From: the human T2T-CHM13v2.0 reference genome, Homo sapiens
NCBI RefSeq assembly: GCF_009914755.1
Contig: NC_060948.1
DNA length: 64,000 nucleotides
Direction: 5' to 3' (one strand)
Shown here: positions 52,735-64,000 of the stretch, piece after piece
Position numbering within the stretch: the stretch's first letter is position 1
Layout: each line of letters starts with the position of its first letter
Made by a program: the position numbers and the translations under genes
Notes under the pieces: generated by a model
Told to the model about the DNA's origin: nothing
What the model saw: only the letters and a program-made list of their open reading frames with translations
Database searches by the model: none

Positions 52735-53060
52735 TGTTACCGATCTCTAGAGTGTTGGTTGTTGTTTTTTTTTTTCTAGCCAGAAACGTCTGTGGCTGTG
52801 ACTCCTTTGTCCAAGATCTTGTCCAGTGTCAGGAAGAATGAGGTAGAATGAGGTAGCAGAGAAGTGAATGTTGAACAAGAAGAAACATTTTGTTCAGTGT
52901 TAGTACAGTTCAAAGGAACGGTTTGCTCCTCTCTGTAGGCAGGCTTTCCAGTTGAGTGTTCAGCTCTTAGCAGAGAGGAGGCCCTGGAGAGTGTGACTCT
53001 TCTCCATGGCAAAGTCATTCAGAGGTCTCTGCAGGCCTCTGAAGCTCATGTAGCCTGACT
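52735..53060 (-). mobile_element. ERV1 LTR fragment (LTR27/LTR28/MER52-like)
   Basis: Starts 'tgttaccgatctct'; contains 'ctagccagaaacgtctgtggc', 'caggaagaatgaggta' and 'gagtgttcagctcttagcagagaggag'. Confidence 0.65.
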
Positions 53061-53146
53061 TTTGACAGTTGGCAGATACTTCATTCCAAGGAGTTAGGCC
53101 AGTGAGGCCAAATCTTTGATTTGAATTAGCACATAGAAACTAGCTC

Positions 53147-53148
<2 letters not shown>

Positions 53149-53181
<33 letters not shown>

Positions 53182-53298
53182 CGGATTCTCGCTCTGTTAC
53201 CCAGGCTGGAGGGTATTGGCACAATCTGGGCTCACTGCAAGCTCCACCTCCCGGGTTCATGCCACTCTCCTGCCTCAGCCTCCTGAGTAGCTGGGAGG
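53149..53298 (-). mobile_element. 5'-truncated AluY (right-arm portion) with TSD
   Basis: Long poly-T and AluY diagnostics 'gcaagctccacctcccgggttcatgcca'; TSD ctagctcacttt / ctggctcacttt. Confidence 0.92.
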
Positions 53299-53477
53299 CT
53301 GGCTCACTTTAATGCTCATGACAAATTTGTTCGCACTTTCTATTTCTTAGATTATGTAAAATGTTTATTGAAATCAGTTGGAAATTGGGATGTTATTAGA
53401 TTCCTTCTCTGTTGGACTTTCTCACAGGAGTAAAGTATGACAGCACATTTCTTTCTTTCAGTTGAAACAAGAGTACC

Positions 53478-53787
53478 GGCCTGGCGCGATGGCTTATGCC
53501 TGTAATCTCAGAAATTTGGGAGGTCAAGGTGTGTGGATCACCTGAGGTAAGGAGTTCCAGCCCCCTCGTGGCCAACGTGGCAAAAAACCATCTCTACCAA
53601 AAATACAAAAATTAGCTGAATGTGGTGGCATGAACCTGGATTTCTAGTTGCTCTGGAGGCTGAGGGAGGAGAATCACTTGAACCTGGGAGGCAGTGGTTG
53701 TAGTGAGCCAAAATCATGCCCCTGCAGTCCAGACTGGGCAACAGAGTGAAACTCAATCTCAAAAAAAAAAAAAAAAAAAAAAAAAAA
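53478..53787 (+). mobile_element. Alu (AluS-type), full length
   Basis: 'ggcctggcgcgatggcttatgcctgtaatc...gggcaacagagtgaaactcaatctc' followed by A27. Confidence 0.95.
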
Positions 53788-56300
53788 TCCAAACAATAGA
53801 AAAAGAGGGACTCCTCCCTAATTTACTTCATGAGGTCAGCACCACCCTGATACCAAAACCTGGCAGAGACACAAGAAAAAAGAAAAGTTCAGGCCAATAT
53901 CCCAGATGAATATCGATGCAAAAATTCTCAATAAAATACTGACAAAACGAATCCAGCAGCACATCAAAAAGCTTATCCACCACAATCAAGTCAGCTTCAT
54001 CCCTGGGATGCAAGGCTGGTTCAATATAGGCAAATGAATAAACATAATTCATCAAATCAACAGAAGCAATGACAAAAACCACATAAATATGTCAATAGAC
54101 TCAACACGTCTTCATGCTAAAAATTCTCAGTAAACTAGGTCTTGATGGAAAGTATCTCCAAATAGTAAGAGCTATTTATCACAAACCCACAGCCAATATC
54201 ATACTGAATAGGCAAATACTGGAAGCATTCCATTTTACAACCTGCAAAAGAAAAGGAAGCCCCCTCTCACCACTCTTATTCAACATAGTATTGGAAGTTC
54301 TGGTGAGGGCAATCAGAGGAAAGAAATAAAGCGCATTCTAACAGTAAGAGAGGAAGTCAAATTATCTCTGTTTGCAGATAACATGATTGCATATTTAGAA
54401 AACCCCATCGTCTAAGCCCACAATCTCCTTAAGCTGAGAAGCAACGTCAACAAACTCTCAGAGTACAAAATCAATGTGCAAAAATCACAAACATTCCTAT
54501 ACCCAAATAATAGAGGGCCAAATGGTGAGTGAACTCCCATTCACAATTGCCACCAAGAGAAGAAAATCCCTACAAATACAACTTACAAGGGATGTGAAGG
54601 ACCTCTTCAAGAAGGACTACAAACCACCACTCCAAGAAATAAGAGAGAACACACACACATGGAAAAACATTCCATGCTCATGGATAGGAAGAATCAATAT
54701 TGTCAAAATGTCCATACTGCCATAGTAATTTATAGATTCAAAGCTATCCCCATCAAGCTACTGTTGGCTTTCTTCACAGAATTAGAAAAACTACTTTAAA
54801 TTTCCCATGGAACCAAAAAAGAGCCCACATAGCCATGACAATCCTAAGCAAAAAGAACAAAGCTGGAGGCATCATGGTAACTCAATTTAAACTATACTAC
54901 AAGGCTGCAGTAACCAAAACAGCATGGTACTCGTACCAAACATATACATATATACCAATGCAACAGATCAGAGACCTCGGAAATAACACCACAAATATCT
55001 AATATCTACAAATATCTGATCTTCGACAAACCTGATGAAACAAATCAATGTGGAGAGGATTCCCTATTTAATAAATGTGGGAAAACTGGCTAGTCATATG
55101 CAGAAAATTGTAACAACCCCTTCCTTACACCTTATACAAAAATTAACTCAAGATGGATTAGACTTAAACATAAGACCTAAAACCATAAAAACCCCCGAAG
55201 AAAATCAAGGCAATACCATTCAGGACACAGGCATGGGCAAAAACTTTATTACTAGATCACCAAAAGCAATGGCAACAAAAGACAAATTTGACAAATGAGA
55301 TCTAATTAAATAAAAGATCTTCTGCACAGCAAAAGCAACTATCATCAGATTGAACAGGCAACCTGCAGAATGGGAGAACATTTTTGCAATATATCCATCT
55401 GACAAAGAACTAATACCCAGGATCTACAAAAAACTTAAACAAATTTGTGAGAAAAAAAAAAAACTCATCAAAAAGTGAGGGAAGGATATGAACAGACGCT
55501 AGTCAAAAGAAGACACTTATGCAGCCAACAATCATGGGAAGAAAAGCTAATCATCACTGATCATTAGAGTAATGCAAATCAAAACCACAATGAGATACCA
55601 TCTCATGCCAGTTAGAATGGTGATCACTAAAAAGTCAGGAAACAACAGATGCTGGAAAGGATGTGGAGAAATAGGAATGCTTTTTCACTGTTGATAGGAG
55701 TGTAAATTAGTTCAACCATTGTGGAAGACAGTGTGTCAATTCCTCAATGATGTAGAAGTAGAAATACCATTTGACCCAGCAATCCCATTACTGGGTAGAT
55801 ACCCAAAGGATTATAAATCATTCTATTATAAAGACACATGCACATGTATTTTATTATGGCACTGTTCACAATAGCAAAGACTTGCAACCAACAAAAATGC
55901 CCATCAATTTTAGACTGGATGAAGAAAATATGGCATATATACACCATGGAATACTGTGCAGTCATAAAAATGATGAGTTTATGTCCTTTGCAGGGACATG
56001 GATGAAGCTGGAAACCAACATTCTCAGCAAAATAACACAAGAACAGAAAACCAAACACCACATGTTCTCACTCATAAGTGGGAGTTGAACAATGAGAACA
56101 TACGGATACAGGGAGGGGAACATTACATACTGGGGCCTGTTGGTGGCAGGGTATAGGGGAGGGATAGCATTAGGAAAAATGCCTAATGTAGATGATGGGA
56201 TGATGGGTGCAGCAAGCCATCATGACAGGTGTATACCTATGTAACAAACCTGCATGTTTTGCACATGTGCCCCAGAACTTAAAGTATAATAATAATTTTT
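53788..56300 (+). mobile_element. 5'-truncated L1PA (about L1PA6-8), ORF2 RT region to 3'UTR
   Basis: [38 protein letters not shown] and [14 protein letters not shown] motifs; 3'UTR ends 'cccagaacttaaagtataataat'. Multiple stops. Confidence 0.96.
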
Positions 56301-58454
56301 TAAAAAGAACCTTTTTGAGAAAATTAAACTTTGAGAATTGTTGCCTTATTTGTGGTTTTGGCTTCTGAATAATATCTAAATGTAATCTCATTACACTTTT
56401 TTCAAGTGTTTGGTATTGGAGATAATGCTTGTCTTTAGGATTGAGAGTGGAGACTCCCAATTTATGATCAAATAATTTAGCATTATGCATTTGGGACATA
56501 TCATATCCATTTTAGGATGAGAAGACGCTGTTGCTGAGGACTTACTGTTTAAAGTCACAAGAAGGAGCAGACACAAAATGCAGAAGTGAGTTTTCTGGAT
56601 GCATATGTATATGTGGACCCATAAAGTGTTATGTCTTTTGTTCAACAAAATTTTATTTGGCTTACATATCCTGTTTAGTGTTGTGGATACAATAAGGTTG
56701 AGGAGTCACTCCTTTACTCAAAGACTTACAGTAAAATGGGAAAAGTGGAGGTCATCCCCCATTTCATTTCTCTATAACAGTAAAGAAAATTTCAAAAATA
56801 AATTTCTAAAAATATGGAATTTATATTCTTATGCAAATTGTGTAATATATAGATTTAAATGTAATTACAAGATGTTTTACCAAAACTACATGATTGAGAT
56901 AAATTAAAAATTATTTAATAATAGGAGAAATATAACATGTTCACAGATTAAAAGCAATATTTTTAAGATTTAAAATTTTCCTAAATTTACCTATAGATTC
57001 AATACACTCTCAACCAACATCTCCCCATTTGCCTGTATTATTAGTAAAGTTCATCTCATACATGAGATACCATCTTGGATAAGAAAAGAAAGAAGTGAAA
57101 TGAGAAAACTCAGCATTTGAGTGTTGTGCTTAAGTGACTATTTTTGTTATTGCATTGAACTAAGACAACTTGATTTCTTTTTTATTTTTAATTTTTTGTT
57201 AATACACAGTCATTGTTATGTATTTACTTGATTTATTGAATACAATTTTTCCCTATCTTGAGGTTCGAGATGCTCAGGAGGAACATCAGGTAACTTGAAG
57301 ACATAATAAAGAAGTTAACGATTTATTTATACCTCTGAGTATAATGCAGATACATGTAAGACTTCATATAAAGTTCTTAAAACATAGATCTAATTTGCTT
57401 ATAAAAAGTTGCACCATTTTTAATCTTTTTAATATCAGTGCTCAATTCATCATCATTCTTCATTTTGGGTATTTCTATTATAAAATTTTATTGACTTTAA
57501 TTTGGGCATGGAAACACTAGAACAATATCATAAATTATATGTCATCATGCATTCCACTATCTCATGAGAAATCGTTAGAAATGAAGTGCAGTGCATAAAC
57601 AAATTTATTTAATATGTTATTTTCATTTATTTAAGTGTTTAGATCCAGATTAAAATTGATGAATATAAGCAAGAATCCAAGACAAGAATGCAAAGTTTTG
57701 ACCAATGGATGAACATTGCTAACATTTTAATCTTTATTATTTTGAGATAAAAATCACGTGTTTTAGATTTGTAACCTCCGTAATTTGTAAACAGTCATGT
57801 GTGTGTTGATGTCTGTCTATCATTTATCTATATATGTAACTTAACAATAAAACTATAGATAAAAGAACTGAACTTTATATTATCTTTGCAGTAAGTAATA
57901 TTTTCCTGGTCATTATAGGCTTTATTAGTCCATTTCATACACTATGATTTCACAGTAATATGCAAAAAATATTTCTTAATAAACTACATTATTAATCAGC
58001 TATATACCTGAACACAAAGTTTGAGATAAGGACCAAATATAGCCATTTTTAATAAAATAGTCCAAGGCATCACAATATTCTATGTTCTAATGAGAACCAT
58101 AGCTACTGTGGATTTAAAATTATTTTTAATTGCAAATATAAAGTATTTTTGAAGCTAATTAACTTCTGTTGTTTCCTAGAGACAAGATATCTTATCCCTT
58201 TTGCTTAGCAGGTGTGTCTATATCTTAGAGAAGAATTTAGCTGAGGTTGTGTTTGATTAGATTGATTAAATATGCATTTTACTCCATAAAGACAATTTTT
58301 ATGTGTATTAGTTGGATACCTATTTCTAAAAACATAGAACTTTTCTTTATTTCATGCTGTTTGCTCCTGTATGCCAGGGATTTCAATAGGGAAACTAGCT
58401 GTCTTCTTGAAAATGTGAATATATTCCTAAACATGTTCACTACCTCATCTATGA

Positions 58455-58970
<516 letters not shown>

Positions 58971-60449
58971 TAATCTCTTTCTCCATTCAACCTTCATACT
59001 ACTACTATACCTCTGTATCTCATAGCACCATTCACTTTCTATTTTCTAGCATAGTTAATCAACTTTACAAACATTCCTTGAGGGAGGGATATTTAGTTTA
59101 TTTATTTTTTTCTCCCACAAAACTAATACAATAGTTTATGTGCAATTGGTGCTCAATAAACACTTAAAATGAGTTATTTATTCAGGAGACAGAACACTAA
59201 TAAATAAGAAATACTAAATAAATTGTTCAACGAATAAATGAAGTTTACTTTCCCTTTAAGCTTTTTAACCAAAGGTCATGGATATATTCTGAGTTCTTAG
59301 TTCGAAATACAAGAATCTAGTCTGATTAGATTAGACAAAATAATAATAATAAAGTACATAATCTCACAGAATCTCTGAAAAGGCTAGAGAGCCCTAGTTC
59401 CCTTAACAGGAGCAAAGCCTGAGCATACAGCAGATGCTGATATATGGAAAATACCATCCATCTCTACCAACTGCTCAGCACTCATGAGATGCAAAGCAGG
59501 ATCACAAGTCTCTGTTAATGTCATCCCTTAGGCTGAACACATTTTAGCTAAATTCTACAGAATTAATGTGTGTATCTTCCTAGCACCCACTGTGAATACC
59601 TCTCCTTCAAAAATCTATTGCTTGTGAAAAACCAGGTATGTTTAGCAAGTCATGAAACAACTGTAGTCATTCATTAGTGGTCACAGACTCACATTTAAGC
59701 ATAACTTTAAAGGTTTCATAGACCTGACACTTATTGTTCTGAATCAACATTGATCTCATGAAGATGAACTGGAGGTTGAAAGCCTGCAATTACCCACCAG
59801 CTAGGTACACCATTATTAGCCATGATAAAAATGTGTCTGGGTTTTAATGTCAGGGCATATTGCCCACCTGAGAATGTAATAATCCTGAGAAATGACAGTT
59901 CCACTTCCATGTCTTTATAGTTCCCAAAACTCACTCAACCACATCAAGCACATACCAAACTATCCTTGGGTTTCAATGCTGACTTAGCAAACCAGTGGAC
60001 TGAGAGAAATAACAATTCAAGTTAAAGATGAGTGCGGTGGACATTAAGCAATGTAACTTGTCAATCATAAGATCAGAAAATAGTGTGACAAGGACAACCT
60101 CCAGTAGACAGAACCAAAGTATTTGATTTTGACATCACCCATCTTAGAAAAATATCCTGATTTAGTTTCCATGAATATCTGATGTAATTTTACATAGCTT
60201 CTCACTGCAGTAAAACAAGTCAGGTAGATATGCTAGTCTTTTCCTTAAAAGTGTAAAGACTGGAAAACTCCAAAAAACCTGAAATACCAAAGCCTGAGCA
60301 TGGTGGAACTGGCATGGGGGGTAAATCATTTAATTACTATTGAGCCTCAGGTTCCGCAACTCCTTTTTAATCCTCAAATCTTTTAGACACTATTTTTTTT
60401 CATAAAATCATACACTTCATAAGAATTATTCAAAATTTTTGGCTACATT

Positions 60450-60800
60450 ATATACCAGCTTTGCCTGAAGTCAGATATAACCATGTGGTAAATTTTTGTC
60501 TGGTGCAATATATCAGAAAATGTTTGTGCCACTTCTGGGCTGTCCCTTTCAAAGGAGGAAACGGTCATTCCATTGTCCTTATAAATCATCTGGCTAACCA
60601 GAATGCGGTCATGACTGCAGGAGTTGGAACAGCCTTCTTGCACCATAAGATGCCTGTTGAGGATAACAGAACAACAAAATAGAGGGAATGTAGGTTTCTG
60701 AAAACTTTGAGGGTTTGAGTTACCACATCAGCTTAGAATTGCATAGAAGAGAAAAATTAACATCTGTCTCATTTAAAACTACAATGATATTTTAATAAAA
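60450..60800 (+). mobile_element. Old MaLR LTR (MLT1J-like)
   Basis: 'tgtgccacttctggg...gactgcaggagttggaacagccttcttgcaccataag...agagaaaaattaacatctgtctcatttaa'. Confidence 0.6.
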
Positions 60801-61419
60801 CACAACTCATTGATTCCACTGTTGCTACTATCCATAACACTATTGTGTGGGCAACCTTTACTACAGAATCAAATAAAGTTATCATGACAGGTTATCAGAA
60901 ACCAGCTGAATCAGTATCTTGCCATCCCCATCTCATATTTGTCAACTTGGATGACAAACAGATAAATACTAGAATTTAAAATAAATCTCAAATTAAAATT
61001 TAACACAGTTTCATCTGAACCATGCCTAGGTTTTGGTTTTTGCTTTAATTCTCCATTCAGCAGTAAAAGAAAAGGGAATATTTCAATAATTATTATACAA
61101 TTTATTATCTATATTACTTATTCTAATAATTTAATTTTAAAATAATTTAAGAACATGCATATTTATAAAATTATTAACTTTAAAACTTTGGTTTAACAAA
61201 AATATGTATTCTATGATATAGTTTTTGCTTAGAAATATACATTTATGTATTCATGCATATTGGTATAAATGTGTCAATGTATATCAAAGAAAACTCATGG
61301 AAGCTTACATAAGGACTTCTCAGTTACGCCCTCTAGGAGAGCAAATAAAGATGATAGGTGAATAACTTTTATTTTTTATTATATACTCATGTATTAATTA
61401 AACTTTTCAATGAGCATTG

Positions 61420-61797
61420 GTCTTTATCAGCAGCATGAAAAGAGTCTAATACAGTAAATTGTTACAAGGAGTGGGGAGCTGCTGAAAAGATACCTGAAAA
61501 TGTGGAAGAGACTTTGAAACTGGGTAACAGGCAGATATTGGAACAGTTTGGAGGGCTCAGAAAAAGAGAGAAAATGTGGGAAAGTTTGGAACTTCCTAGA
61601 GACTTGTTGAATGGCTTCAACAAAAATACTGATAGTGATATGAACAATAGGTCCAGGCTCAGGTGGTCTCAGATGGAGAGGAGAAACTTGTTGGGAACTG
61701 CACCAAAGGTGACTCTTGCTATGCTTGAGCAAAGAGAATGGTATCATTTTGCCCCTGCCCGGCAGATGTGTGAAACTTTGAACTTGAGAGAGATGAT
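61420..61797 (+). mobile_element. THE1 element remnant (last ~33 bp of LTR plus THE1-int 5' end)
   Basis: 'gtctttatcagcagcatgaaaagagtctaataca' is the THE1 LTR end. It is followed by 'gtaaattg...gaaaatgtggaag..actttgaaactgggtaacaggcaga', which is THE1-int. Confidence 0.92.
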
Positions 61798-62082
61798 ACA
61801 GGAGAGCAGTCTCAGGGGGTATGCCTGCAGCTGCAGGAAGATATATGGGAACAGACACACAACTCTCTCTCCCAGATAAGCACAACAAAGAGACACAGAA
61901 ACAGTCCAAGTCTCTGGTATACTCTTCCACCCTGAATCCTGAGAAACTCTTAGTGTGTAAGAGACTGTCTCTTGAACTAACTCGGCCAGAAAACACTCTC
62001 AGGTTTGTTTTCTTTAAAATCAGCCTGTCCTTGACTGCCAAGCCACCTTTTGTTTTTCTTTCCTCTTCCTTCATTTCTTACA
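61798..62082 (+). mobile_element. ERV1 5' LTR, LTR19-like, upstream half missing
   Basis: 'gggggtatgcctgcagctgcagg...cccagataagcacaacaaagagacacag...tttcttaca' matches the recalled 3' half of LTR19. Ends in CA just before a PBS. Confidence 0.7.
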
Positions 62083-62084
62083 TT

Positions 62085-62102
62085 TGGTGCCAAAACCTGT
62101 GA
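62085..62102 (+). promoter_or_regulatory. Primer-binding site, tRNA-Phe type
   Basis: tggtgccaaaacctgtga versus the tRNA-Phe complement TGGTGCCGAAACCCGGGA (15/18), 2 nt after the LTR end. Confidence 0.85.
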
Positions 62103-62392
62103 CTGGTGTTGGGAGAAGAGGCTGTCTTGCAACCCAGGAAGCAGTGGGCAATGGCAGCTCATCCTGAGTTAACTCCTGTATCCTAAAAGCCTCTGGCCAC
62201 ACGCCCAATCTTATCTCTCACTTCACTTTTCAAGTAATTTGTGTGAGCAGGACAACTAACTTGAAGGGGCTGTGAGGCTCAGGCTGAGGCTACTCCCCAT
62301 GGGCTCTAAAACACTCAGGTCTCGGGAATCCACCTCTGACCACCTGCATTGGGTATTTTGCTCGCTAACCCTCCCTTGCCCCCTCTTTCTCC

Positions 62393-62446
<54 letters not shown>

Positions 62447-63800
62447 TCAAATGGCTACAGTATGGGAGGCCCTTTGCCAATTCCAGCCAGAACATCCAAC
62501 ATCAGATACTATTTCAGATGACCGGTGAGATCTGCCTTCTCCTGGCTTTCTCTCTGTACCGGAGAAAGTCTGGCCTGCTGTCCAGGTCCTGGGAGGTCCA
62601 ATCGGACTAATGGGGCTGGGCTAGAGGAAATATTGGTACACAGCTCCTTCTCAGGTTAACGGTCCTCTTTTGGAAAGAGGATTCTGGGTCTCTGTCTTTT
62701 ATCTGGGGATGCCTAGAACAAAACAGACACCACCAGCTTCCTCTTAGCAGTCCACATGGGTGCCAAACAATTTCACGTCCCTACATCCTTCCCACTGGAC
62801 TGCAGTATTAGCAACCAAGGCAAACTTGGCTTATGGCAGACCTTAATGCCAAAGCATTTAATTTTCTCCTGCAACATGGCCTTAACAACTTTACTACCAG
62901 AAATGGCAAATGACAAGAGATGTCCCCATATTCAGGCTTTCTTCTATCATCAATCCCACCCCTCCTCCTCCTCTACCTGTTCAAAAACTACTCTAACTGG
63001 TTAAACCTTCTCTGCCATTCTCCCTCTCTGGAAAGTGGCTAGGGTTAAAGGCAGTCCTTGCATTCATGCCCCCTTCTCCATGTCTAATTTGTGGCAAATT
63101 GAACAGCTTCTGGAACTTTTCTCGAAAAATCACTCTCATTATTGCAGGAAATTCCTGCACATAACCCAGTCTCTTAACTTGGCAGAACATTTACATAATT
63201 CTAATCTCCACCCTTACCTTTAATAAAAAACAGTGCTCAGCTTAATTAAAATGGATATCAAAGCTATAAGTATATTCAAAAGGGTTTTATGTTTTTCTCT
63301 TCATAAATCTTGTTTTCCTGAAAAAAGTTTTATCTCAGTCAAAATTACTTCTCTTCACTCTGTCTTGCAACTCTTGCTGCATGCATAAAAGACCCCAGTC
63401 TGGTGGCCTAGAACTCCCTAGAAAGATAGAAAACTTGCCAGAAATCCATCTTGAAAAAAATAACTCTTTTCCTTATGGAACCCCTGGAATTAAAGGTGAA
63501 GAAGTACCTCTCAAAAATCTTTATTTGTCTTCCAGCTATGCTTGTTTATTAGGCCCTAAAATTTGTTTACCTAGCCCTGCTCTTAAAGGGCCTCACCCAG
63601 AGGCCAATAATCTAATCTGGAAATTAGCAAATGGAAATTGTATGACTATTGAATCTTCTTCTGGTTGCCTGTGAGGCTATATATGTCTTACATATGTTAT
63701 GTCTATTAAAAAGAACTCTAATGAATTAATTGTCCTAAGAAAAGAAAGTGCTTAAATCAAATATTTTTAAGGAAAATGCTAAGCAAAGTAACACTGTGTA
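62103..63800 (+). mobile_element. HERV-F-like (LTR19-associated) internal region with deleted gag remnant
   Basis: MGAKQFHVPTSFPLDC...KHLIFSCNMA and PFSMSNLWQIEQLLELFSKN...FLHITQS resemble HERV-H/F gag. MER4-group-like AT-rich internal sequence follows. Confidence 0.7.
62397..62442. repeat. (TC)23 microsatellite
   Basis: Uninterrupted TC run in the ERV leader. Confidence 0.97.
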
Positions 63801-64000
63801 TACTGCCATTTTACTTTATTCTTCTGTTGAAGCAAAATTGTGAGGTCTCATTATGTGCGTGTGCTTTTGCTAGATGTCCCAGTTGGCTGTGCTGAGATGT
63901 ACCAGTACTGTTTATGGTGTAAGTTTAAATTCTTAAGTATTTTCTCCTACCATTGTATTCCAAAACACACTAAGCTGTATTGCACAGTTCAAAATTTCGT

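Overview
This is primate (hominoid, human-like) genomic DNA with no intact protein-coding gene, and most likely comes from the male-specific Y chromosome. That placement is inferred from the TSPY-family pseudogene and was not mapped. The main contents are: (1) an intron-containing, 5'-truncated, heavily disabled TSPY-like pseudogene on the minus strand (five exons, ~8.28-10.55 kb); (2) a near-complete, dead HERV-K(HML-5)/HERVK22 provirus (~40.55-50.09 kb) that lacks its 5' LTR and carries two nested solo LTRs (LTR6-type in pro, LTR12C in integrase) plus a 33-bp inverted copy of its own protease active-site sequence inside RT; (3) a THE1-int / LTR19 / HERV-F-like ERV1 nest at the right end; (4) many Alu, L1, L2, MaLR, ERV1-LTR and MER elements, microsatellites and short tandem duplications. 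Nearly all ORFs in the supplied track are repeat-derived or spurious. I see no evidence of a novel biological system; the interesting signals are mutational and retrotranspositional history. Subfamily names and reference motifs come from recalled consensus sequences, not from database searches.
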